Positions 19,233 to 27,342 of a DNA stretch of 64,000 bases are shown one piece after another. The notes beneath the pieces were generated by a model. That model made no database searches. It worked only from the letters and a program-made list of their open reading frames with translations, and was not told the origin of the DNA. Made by a program: the position numbers and the translations under genes. Numbering within the stretch: the first letter of the stretch is position 1; each line of letters begins with the position of its first letter. The stretch is from contig CAVVUN010000008.1 of the NCBI GenBank assembly GCA_963751455.1, forward strand, positions 32,001-96,000. Direction: 5' to 3'. The stretch comes from Nitrospirota bacterium. Its GTDB lineage: Bacteria > Nitrospirota > UBA9217.

Positions 19233-20399
19233 TTACCCGTCAGGTTTCACTTTTTTAACCTTCCTCGTCCCCTCGTACAGCTCATACTCCAGGAGCCTGC
19301 ACTCTATGCCGCTGTTCCAGAACGGGATGCTCCTTTTCGGCTTGAGGCTCACCTTTTTTGCAAGCGCGGGGTTCCCAGTGAACACATAGCCTGTATATCC
19401 TTTACACTTGTTCTTGAAGAAATCGCCGATGCCTTTGTAGAGGCCTTCAAGACTGGCAATCTCTCCCATGCGTTCGCCATACGGAGGGTTCATCACGATA
19501 ATGCCTGACCCGGACAAAGGCGTATCGGCATAGTCGCACACACTGAATTCGATCAAATGTTCGACTCCGGCCGTCGTCGCATTCTTCTTTGCGGCTTCTA
19601 CGGCCTCGGTACTTATATCGGTTGCGATGATCCTGCCGGAAATTGATTTTTTCGCTTGCTGTTTTCCGGCCTCCCTCGTTTTATTCCACGCTGACTCGTT
19701 GAATTCTTTTATATGCATAAACCCGAAGTTGCTTCTGAGCAGGGCCGGAGGCCGATTGAGGCCTATCAGAGCGGCCTCAATAGCGAGCGCTCCGCTGCCG
19801 CACATGGGATTGATAAAGTGGCCCTCTCCATGCCAGTTCGTGGCCAGCACCACCGCTGCTGCAAGCGTCTCCTGCATCGGGGCTTCCAGCGGGATCTTCC
19901 GATATCCCCGGCGGGACAGCGGCTCTCCTGAGGTATCGAGATAGACAACTGCCCGCTCTTCCTTCCAGTACAGATGCACAACTGACCTGTCCCGGTCAGG
20001 CCCGGAGTCCGGCCGCCTGCCGGTTTTCTGTTTAATACGATCAACAATCGCATCCTTCGCCTTCAGGGTCGCGTAGCGGGTATCCCGTATTGTTTCGTTT
20101 TCAACACCGGAGGTTACACAGACGTATCCCTCTCCGGGGATCAGCGCTTCCCATTCGATTTTCGAAAGCGCGCGATACAGATCTTCGGCATTCTTTGCTT
20201 TGAATTCTGCAAGGGTGAGCAAAACGCGGTGTGCGGTACGGAGAGAGACATTCAGCAGAAACGTGTCCTCGAGAACGCCTTCGGTCTCCACGCCGGCAAC
20301 CTGTTCGGACAATACCGGAAAGTTTAGCGACAGCAGTTCCTGTTTTAAAAAAGGAGGGATGCCCTTGGCGCAGGTTATTAGGATTTTTGATTTGACCAT
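19233..20399 (-). CDS. THUMP-domain class I SAM-dependent RNA methyltransferase (RlmL/YpsC-like)
   Basis: LRTAHRVL, LDTSGEPLSRRGYR, APMQETLAAA, PMCGSG, NPPYGER. Confidence 0.92.
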   Translation of the reverse strand: MVKSKILITCAKGIPPFLKQELLSLNFPVLSEQVAGVETEGVLEDTFLLNVSLRTAHRVLLTLAEFKAKNAEDLYRALSKIEWEALIPGEGYVCVTSGVENETIRDTRYATLKAKDAIVDRIKQKTGRRPDSGPDRDRSVVHLYWKEERAVVYLDTSGEPLSRRGYRKIPLEAPMQETLAAAVVLATNWHGEGHFINPMCGSGALAIEAALIGLNRPPALLRSNFGFMHIKEFNESAWNKTREAGKQQAKKSISGRIIATDISTEAVEAAKKNATTAGVEHLIEFSVCDYADTPLSGSGIIVMNPPYGERMGEIASLEGLYKGIGDFFKNKCKGYTGYVFTGNPALAKKVSLKPKRSIPFWNSGIECRLLEYELYEGTRKVKKVKPDG

Positions 20400-20527
20400 G
20401 GAAGGAGTTGAAACCGAAGGGGGAAGAGAGTGCCAGCCCCGATTCCAATTGACTGCGGACAGGGATGCGTCATGGGGCCGAGTTAAGATCCTTTAGCCCC
20501 CGCTTCCGTTTGTTCAGTTTAACAGAA

Positions 20528-20929
20528 TCAGTTTGCCGACGCCATCAGCCGCTCTTTGTCCCTGAAGAGCACATCGACTTTTTGCACATAAATTTTCCGT
20601 ACGACTCCCTTGCCGAAGGTCCTGTGGTCTATGATATCGCCCACCCGGTACTTGCCGGCAATGTCATACATTCGCTCCTTGCCTTTGGCCTCTGCGATAC
20701 AGCTTTCCCACATCATTTCGGCGCTTTTTATAGGGTCTTCTTTTTTCCTGGCCGACCGCGCCAGCTTCACGGCCGCCGAGCTCCGGTATTTATGCGCGCT
20801 GCCGCATGTTTTGCATTTTACCTTGGCGATCGCTTCTCCATCCATGGCAATGATCGCGTGATCAAGAACCAGTTTGCATTTCGTGCAGAACGATGCAATG
20901 TTTTCTCCCGCCGACAGTTTCTCCGACAT
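20528..20929 (-). CDS. Conserved hypothetical protein: zinc ribbon plus Tudor-like C-terminal domain
   Basis: CTKC...CKTC; YRVGDIIDHRTFGKGVV; start set to ATG 20929 with GGAGGG RBS. Confidence 0.7.
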   Translation of the reverse strand: MSEKLSAGENIASFCTKCKLVLDHAIIAMDGEAIAKVKCKTCGSAHKYRSSAAVKLARSARKKEDPIKSAEMMWESCIAEAKGKERMYDIAGKYRVGDIIDHRTFGKGVVRKIYVQKVDVLFRDKERLMASAN

Positions 20930-21183
20930 AAGCCCTCCCAATGAAAAGTCATTATACACCATATCATCGAAAAAAGCTCGCCCGATTTTTCCGAAATATG
21001 CCCGCCTTGCGTGCCATTCGCTTGCCCGCAGTCCGGCTATTAATTTACGAAGGGCATCATGAGTGCGACATTCGCTGAGGCAATGTAACCCGTTACCGGC
21101 CGCAATCATCTATAATACCGCCCGAATACCGCCCGATTCTTTACTTTTACTATTGAAATACGTTTTTCATTCTGATATCATGT

Positions 21184-21657
21184 GTGAGTTTAGGAGGCGA
21201 ACGCTTGCAAAAAGCTGATCTCACGTCGCGGGCTGTCGCAGGCTTTGTTGATCTCCTGCTTATCATCGGGCTTGCAAGGCTGCCCGACGTTCTGGGTTTT
21301 CTGTCCGCAATCGGCTATATCTTGATCAGAGACGGCCTGTTTCACGGGCAAAGCGTCGGCAAAAAGGTGATCGGCATCAGTGTTACGAAGGAACATGGCG
21401 GCTTGGCAAGCTACCGGGAATCCATCCTGAGAAATGTGCCGTTGGCCGCAGCCTATGTTCTTTTTCTCATACCCTATGCAGGTTGGGTGCTCTGCCCTCT
21501 GGCTCTCGGCGTGGAATCTCTCGTCGCGGTCGGCGACGATAGAGGCATGAGGGTCGGAGATATGCTTGCGCGCACATGGGTCGTCCAGCCGAACGAAGTT
21601 GTGGAGGAAGCGCGACAGGAAGAGATACGGCAACCGGACCTGCCTTCAAAAAATTGA
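21184..21657 (+). CDS. RDD family membrane protein
   Basis: RAVAGFVD, GQSVGKKVIGI, SILRN, RVGDMLARTWVV. Confidence 0.85.
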   Translation: MSLGGERLQKADLTSRAVAGFVDLLLIIGLARLPDVLGFLSAIGYILIRDGLFHGQSVGKKVIGISVTKEHGGLASYRESILRNVPLAAAYVLFLIPYAGWVLCPLALGVESLVAVGDDRGMRVGDMLARTWVVQPNEVVEEARQEEIRQPDLPSKN

Positions 21658-21833
21658 GCAACACGATACAGTAAAGCACAATGCTTAACGCATCTCCGCA
21701 GTACAAGAATGAATAACAGAATAACAGAGTGCACTAAAAAGCCTTGGAGGCAGCGGCTTTGCAGCGGGAAAAGCGTGTTCCGTACAGCAGCCGGCACTGA
21801 TCCTGCACTATCGAAAGGAGTTCTGACAAGACA

Positions 21834-22859
21834 ATGTTGATTAATACAATCATGGGCTGGTTCTCGAACGACATGGCGATCGACCTCGGGACTGCAAACA
21901 CGCTGGTTTACGTAAAGGGAAAAGGGATCGTATGCAACGAACCGTCTGTAGTGGCCATTTCCGCCAAGACAGGAAAAGTGCTCGCCGTCGGTGCCGAAGC
22001 CAAAAAGATGCTGGGCCGTACGCCCGGCGGCGTAAAAACGATCCGGCCGATCAAGGACGGCGTGATTTCAGACTTCGATATAACGGGTGAAATGCTCAGG
22101 TACTTCATCCAGCGGGTTCATAACCGGAAGTCCTTTATGCGGCCGCGCATCGTGATAGGCGTTCCTTCCGGCATAACGCAGGTGGAGCAGCGCGCTGTCA
22201 AGGACGCGGCCATAACGTCGGGGGGCCGCGACGTTTACCTGATCGAGGAGCCGGTGGCGGCCGCCATCGGGACCGGCCTTCCCATCTCGGAACCTTCGGG
22301 AAATATGATCGTCGACATCGGGGGCGGCACGACGGACATCGCCGTCATATCCATGGACGGCGTGGTCTACAGCAAGGCGATCCGCGTGGGCGGCGACAAA
22401 ATGGACGAGGCCATCATAAATTACATCAAGCGGAAATACAATCTGCTGATCGGAGAGATGATGGCCGAGCAGATCAAGCTCGAGATCGGCTCGGCCTATA
22501 AAACGGACAATTCGCGGATGACCATGGAGATCAAGGGCCGCGACCTGGTGTCCGGCATCCCCAAGACGCTCGTTTTGGATGATGATGAAGTTCGAGAAGC
22601 GCTAGCTGATCCGGTAAGCCAGATCCTGAACGGCATAAAGCAGGCGCTCGAAAATACCCCCCCCGAGCTGTCGGCTGACATCGTAGACAAGGGTATCGTG
22701 CTCGCGGGCGGCGGAGCCCTGCTGAAAGGCATGGATGTGTTCCTGCGGGAGGAGACTTCCCTTCCGATCATTATCGCCGAGGACCCGCTTACGTGCGTTG
22801 TTTTGGGTGCGGGCAAAATGCTCGATGATGAAGATATCCTCGAAAAAGTCAGAATGTAG
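21834..22859 (+). CDS. mreB: Rod shape-determining actin-like protein MreB
   Basis: [27 protein letters not shown]. Confidence 0.97.
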   Translation: MLINTIMGWFSNDMAIDLGTANTLVYVKGKGIVCNEPSVVAISAKTGKVLAVGAEAKKMLGRTPGGVKTIRPIKDGVISDFDITGEMLRYFIQRVHNRKSFMRPRIVIGVPSGITQVEQRAVKDAAITSGGRDVYLIEEPVAAAIGTGLPISEPSGNMIVDIGGGTTDIAVISMDGVVYSKAIRVGGDKMDEAIINYIKRKYNLLIGEMMAEQIKLEIGSAYKTDNSRMTMEIKGRDLVSGIPKTLVLDDDEVREALADPVSQILNGIKQALENTPPELSADIVDKGIVLAGGGALLKGMDVFLREETSLPIIIAEDPLTCVVLGAGKMLDDEDILEKVRM

Positions 22860-22888
22860 GCTTCCGGGAGCCCGCGCCTCCGACGGGG

Positions 22889-22998
22889 TTTACCCCGTTA
22901 GAGGTCGAAATAATGCTGATTACCAATCATTAAAATATTTGGATAACTTGCCTTGGTGCCTGCAAGAGAGCACTCAGGACGACCTCTAACGGGGTAAA
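22889..22998. repeat. 110-bp MITE-like element with perfect 19-bp terminal inverted repeats
   Basis: TTTACCCCGTTAGAGGTCG (22889-22907) and CGACCTCTAACGGGGTAAA (22980-22998) around an AT-richer core, between mreB and mreC. Confidence 0.8.
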
Positions 22999-23014
22999 GG
23001 AAAACTGCCCAGGG

Positions 23015-23821
23015 ATGCGCGGGCTTATTGCAAAAAACAGAAAATTCTTCGCAACACTGCTCCTCTTCATGCTGATGTTCTGGCTGATCACCTTTCAGGT
23101 GAAAGCCGGTCGCCTGCTCTTTCTGGAGGAACCGGTCCTTGCGGTTTCAGGTTTTCTCGAGCGGATCATCATTGCGCCGTTTCGCTTTGTGGAGTCGGCT
23201 GCAAACGGGTATGTTTTCCTGGTTCGGACGGAACGGGAAAACGTGCGTTTAAAAGATGAGCTGGAGCGGGTGAAGCTCGAAAATTCCATCACGAACGAGC
23301 TGCTCCTGGAAAATGAACTTCTTCGCGAAATGGTCGGCTTCAAAAAGCTCCAACCCTTTTCGTCCCTGACGGTTCAGGTCATCGGCAAAGAAACATCGCC
23401 GCTCTCTCGTACGGTAACAGTCAATAAGGGCTCTGACGACGGTATCGCCAAGGATATGGCAGTCATTACGTCGGCGGGGGTCGTTGGAAAAGTCGAGACG
23501 GTTCTTCCCGGCATTTCCAAGGTCATGCTCCTTACCGATCCTGGGAGCACGCTTGCCGTTCGCGTGCAGCGAAATCGGGAGGAGGGGCTGCTTGAGGGCA
23601 AGCTTCGGAGCTGCGCTCTGAAGTATGTCTCCTACTATGCGGACATACAGGAAGGCGACCTGCTCGTTACTTCCGGCCTGGACGGGATTTATCCGAAAGG
23701 GCTGCCTGTCGCAAGAGTCGTTAAAGTAACCAAGCACGAGGCGGTTGCGTTCCAAACCGTTGTCGCCGAGCCGGCTGTCGGCTTCTCCCGGCTGGAAGAG
23801 GCGCTGGTGCTTAGAAAATGA
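23015..23821 (+). CDS. mreC: Rod shape-determining protein MreC
   Basis: N-terminal TM, coiled coil, NKGSDDGI, GVVGKV, TSGLDGIYPKGLPV; operon position. Confidence 0.95.
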   Translation: MRGLIAKNRKFFATLLLFMLMFWLITFQVKAGRLLFLEEPVLAVSGFLERIIIAPFRFVESAANGYVFLVRTERENVRLKDELERVKLENSITNELLLENELLREMVGFKKLQPFSSLTVQVIGKETSPLSRTVTVNKGSDDGIAKDMAVITSAGVVGKVETVLPGISKVMLLTDPGSTLAVRVQRNREEGLLEGKLRSCALKYVSYYADIQEGDLLVTSGLDGIYPKGLPVARVVKVTKHEAVAFQTVVAEPAVGFSRLEEALVLRK

Positions 23822-24327
23822 AGCCCCTCGCATACTGCGTCATACTCCTGCTCATTGTTCCCGTTCAGGCAAGTCTGTTCAACCCGCTGTCGCTCGCCGG
23901 CATCAAACCCGACATTTCCCTGGCGGTTTTGTATATCATCGGCTTGCTGACGGGACCTCTGGAAGCGACAATCGCCGGTATGGCCATCGGACTTGTGCAG
24001 GACATAAGCTCCGCGAACCTGATCGGGTTGGCCGCTTTTTCGCGGGGACTATTCGGCCTCAGCGCGGGACTGCTCGGCAGAAGGGTACTCGACATTGCAA
24101 GCCCTTCAAATGTTGTTTTCCTGACGGCTTTTTCCCTTGGCGAAAGCATAGTTATTGCCCTGCTGATGCAAGTGTTGTACGGATCGTTCCCGTTTTTCAG
24201 TCTATTATTTACCCAGATGCTGCCCCAGGCTCTCTACACCGGCTTCCTGGGCACTTTTATGATCAAATTCATGAACAGCAAAAAAATCATTAATATTTTG
24301 AGACGGCGTTCGCTCCAGAAGGAGTAG
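23818..24327 (+). CDS. mreD: Rod shape-determining protein MreD
   Basis: Hydrophobic protein with PD and GLVQD motifs between mreC and mrdA. Confidence 0.9.
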   Translation: MKPLAYCVILLLIVPVQASLFNPLSLAGIKPDISLAVLYIIGLLTGPLEATIAGMAIGLVQDISSANLIGLAAFSRGLFGLSAGLLGRRVLDIASPSNVVFLTAFSLGESIVIALLMQVLYGSFPFFSLLFTQMLPQALYTGFLGTFMIKFMNSKKIINILRRRSLQKE

Positions 24328-24330
24328 GAG

Positions 24331-26142
24331 ATGTTGCATCAGGACAACCCCGTCGATATTCAAAAAAGGCTTCCGCTCCTGGTAGTGTTCATAGTGTTTT
24401 GTGCCGTCGTTCTCCTCACCCGCCTCTGGTATCTTCAGGCAGTTAAAGGCGACTTTTACCAGGAGCAGGCCGAAAGCAACCGGATCAGGCCGGTCAAAAT
24501 CAGGCCGCCGAGAGGGATCATCTTCGACCGCCAGGGCCGGCCGATCGTTGAAAGCGTCCTGACTTTCGACATTTCGCTCATCCCGGAAGACGCGCCGGAC
24601 ATCGAATATACCATAAACAGGCTCGCGTCGATCCTCAAGCTCAGCCCCGACGTGATCCGCGAGGCTTTGGACGAGGCGGCGCCGGTCCGCACGAAGTACG
24701 AACCCGTAAAAATACGGGAAGAGGCGCCGTGGGAGGAAGTTGCGCTGGTCGAGGCGCATCAGGATGAACTCCCCGGTGCCCTGATCGAACCGGAGCATCG
24801 CAGGCATTATCCTTACCAGGGGCTGGCCTCTCATCAGCTGGGCTACATCGGCAAGGTTTCCCGCGCTCAACGGAAACAGGAGCAGCAGGATATCGGCTTG
24901 CTAACCGGCCAGGGTGGGCTTGAAAAAGTTTACGATAAATACCTGCGCGGATTTGCCGGCAGGCGTATGATCCAGGTGAATGCGGCCGGAAGAAAGGTCA
25001 AAGACCTGGGCATCGAAGAACCGAGACCGGGGACCGACCTTTATCTCACGATCGATCTCGATGCGCAGAAGGCGGCCGAAGAAGGGTTGGGCGAGCGCGC
25101 CGGGGCAGTCGTGGCAATGGACCCGAGTTCGGGGGAGATCCTGGCGCTCGCGAGCCATCCCAATTACGATCCGAACATGTTTCCGCGCGGGATAACGCCG
25201 AAAGACTGGGTTCGGCTGATGAACGACGACTCGCATCCGCTTTATAATCGCGCGATCCAGAGCGTATATCCTCCCGGCTCCACGTTCAAGATCATCGTTT
25301 CGCTTGCCGGACTCGAATTGGGCGTTATCAAGCCCGGCGACAGCGTCACCTGCCGGGGCGGACTGAAGCTCGGCAATCATACCTTCCGGTGCTGGAAAAA
25401 GGAAGGGCATGGCGTGGTCTCGTTCCACCGGGCCCTTGTTGAGTCATGTGACGTTTACTACTATACGATGGGAGATCGGATCGGGTGGGACCGTGTCGCC
25501 GAATACGCAAGGAAACTGGGTTACGGCAGTCTGACCGGGATCTTTCTTCCTGATGAAAAGCCGGGGCTGATTCCGACGACCGACTGGAAAAAGAAACGGA
25601 CTGGCGACATATGGCGCACAGCCGACTCCTACATCAATTCCATCGGCCAGGGGTTCGTGCTCGTAAGCCCGATTCAGGCATGTCAGATGATGAGCGTCGT
25701 CGCAAACGGCGGGTATTTCTACCGCCCGTCGCTTCTCAAACTGACGAGAAACCGGGAGACGGGCGCGGTAAAGTCTTTTTCACCGGAACAAAATAAGCAG
25801 CTTGTGTTTGATCGTGCCGCTCTTGAAGAAGTAAGAAAAGCGCTTATCGGCGTCGTAAATGAGCCGGGCGGTACGGCGCACGGTGCTAAGACTCCGCTTG
25901 CAACCGTGGCGGGCAAGACCGGCACCGCCCAGGTGATTGCGCAGAAGGTCGCCGGGAGGAAGCTTTCAGCAAAGACCGGGGACCATGCATGGTTTGTTGC
26001 GTACGCCCCGGCCGATAATCCCAGGATTGCGATTGCCGTGCTGGTCGAGCACGGCGGACATGGCGGCAGCGTCGCAGCGCCCATCGCGAAACGCGTCATA
26101 GAGGAGTACTTGAAAAATGCTGGATCAGCGACGGCTCGCTAA
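24331..26142 (+). CDS. mrdA: Penicillin-binding protein 2
   Basis: RGIIFDR, PGSTFK (SxxK), SCD, KTGT. Confidence 0.96.
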   Translation: MLHQDNPVDIQKRLPLLVVFIVFCAVVLLTRLWYLQAVKGDFYQEQAESNRIRPVKIRPPRGIIFDRQGRPIVESVLTFDISLIPEDAPDIEYTINRLASILKLSPDVIREALDEAAPVRTKYEPVKIREEAPWEEVALVEAHQDELPGALIEPEHRRHYPYQGLASHQLGYIGKVSRAQRKQEQQDIGLLTGQGGLEKVYDKYLRGFAGRRMIQVNAAGRKVKDLGIEEPRPGTDLYLTIDLDAQKAAEEGLGERAGAVVAMDPSSGEILALASHPNYDPNMFPRGITPKDWVRLMNDDSHPLYNRAIQSVYPPGSTFKIIVSLAGLELGVIKPGDSVTCRGGLKLGNHTFRCWKKEGHGVVSFHRALVESCDVYYYTMGDRIGWDRVAEYARKLGYGSLTGIFLPDEKPGLIPTTDWKKKRTGDIWRTADSYINSIGQGFVLVSPIQACQMMSVVANGGYFYRPSLLKLTRNRETGAVKSFSPEQNKQLVFDRAALEEVRKALIGVVNEPGGTAHGAKTPLATVAGKTGTAQVIAQKVAGRKLSAKTGDHAWFVAYAPADNPRIAIAVLVEHGGHGGSVAAPIAKRVIEEYLKNAGSATAR

Positions 26143-27247
26143 TTTGCCGTGGGGCATAATCGCACTCGTGGCCACCATCGTGCTCGTCGGCATCACTGCG
26201 GTTTACAGCGCAACGTATACGTCCAAAGGCCCGTCGCCGCTGTATTACAAGCAGCTGATCTGGATCGGGACAGGCCTGATCGTTATGTTTTGTGCGGTTA
26301 TTGTTGATTATCACACAGTGGGCCGCTATGCGTATGTCCTTTACGCCGCATCACTTCTCCTCCTGGTGCTCGTCATGGTTGCGGGCAAGACCGGGATGGG
26401 CGCGCAGCGCTGGCTTGCTATCGGACCCTTTGTGTTCCAGCCCTCCGAGTTTGCCAAACTGTCGCTTACGCTTGCGCTTGCGCGGTATTTTGCGGAAGAT
26501 CCGAAACGCGGCAATTACGATCTGCGGGACCTGGCCATCCCGGCCGTGATGGTGGCGATCCCGCTTGTGCTCGTTTTGAAGCAACCCGATCTCGGCACGG
26601 CGCTTATGCTGCTTTTCACCTCATCCCTGGTCGTAATGATAGCGGGCATCCGGCTGCGCGCAGTTCTCGTGCTTCTGCTGATAGGCGCAACCGTCGCATC
26701 GGTGGTATTTCTGGTTTCACCGGTACGGGATAAGCTGTGGGGGTCGCTGAAACCATACCAGCAGAACAGGATCAGAGCCTTCATAGATCCGGGCGCGGAC
26801 CCGCGCGGGAGCGGCTACCACGCAAACCAGTCGAAGATTGCGGTGGGGTCCGGCCAGATCACGGGCAAGGGTTTCCGGAAAGGCACCCAGAGCCAGATGG
26901 CGTTTCTGCCCGAACGGCATACGGACTTCATCTTCGCGGTCATCGCCGAGGAGCGCGGACTACTGGGCGCCGGGCTGGTGGTCGTTCTGTACGTGCTGCT
27001 GCTGCTGGTAGGCGTTGATACAGCCAAGAACGCCAAGGACCGTCTCGGTGTGCTCATGGCGGCCGGCATCGTATCCATGATCTCGCTGTACGTTTTTATT
27101 AACGTGGGAATGGCGGTCGGCATGGTGCCGGTGGTGGGCGTGCCGCTTCCGCTTGTCAGCTACGGCGGGACATCCGTCATTACAACCTTCCTCGCTCTCG
27201 GCTTGCTCCTGAATATCCAGATACGACGGTTTCAGCTGTTCTACTAA
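26117..27247 (+). CDS. rodA: SEDS peptidoglycan glycosyltransferase RodA
   Basis: GAQRW, QPSEFAK, QPDLGT, PERHTDFIF, SYGG. Confidence 0.96.
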   Translation: MLDQRRLANLPWGIIALVATIVLVGITAVYSATYTSKGPSPLYYKQLIWIGTGLIVMFCAVIVDYHTVGRYAYVLYAASLLLLVLVMVAGKTGMGAQRWLAIGPFVFQPSEFAKLSLTLALARYFAEDPKRGNYDLRDLAIPAVMVAIPLVLVLKQPDLGTALMLLFTSSLVVMIAGIRLRAVLVLLLIGATVASVVFLVSPVRDKLWGSLKPYQQNRIRAFIDPGADPRGSGYHANQSKIAVGSGQITGKGFRKGTQSQMAFLPERHTDFIFAVIAEERGLLGAGLVVVLYVLLLLVGVDTAKNAKDRLGVLMAAGIVSMISLYVFINVGMAVGMVPVVGVPLPLVSYGGTSVITTFLALGLLLNIQIRRFQLFY

Positions 27248-27260
27248 TACACCGCAGAGT

Positions 27261-27325
27261 GCATAGAGCATAGCGCAAAGGGTGAGAAGTTTTTTACGCC
27301 ATGCGCCATGCGCTATGCTCTATGC
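27261..27325. repeat. Intergenic palindrome built from ~7-nt sub-repeats
   Basis: GCATAGAGCATAGCGCA (27261-27277) ... TGCGCTATGCTCTATGC (27309-27325), perfect 17-bp inverted repeat. Confidence 0.8.
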
Positions 27326-27342
27326 GCATTAAAGGAGTTCCC

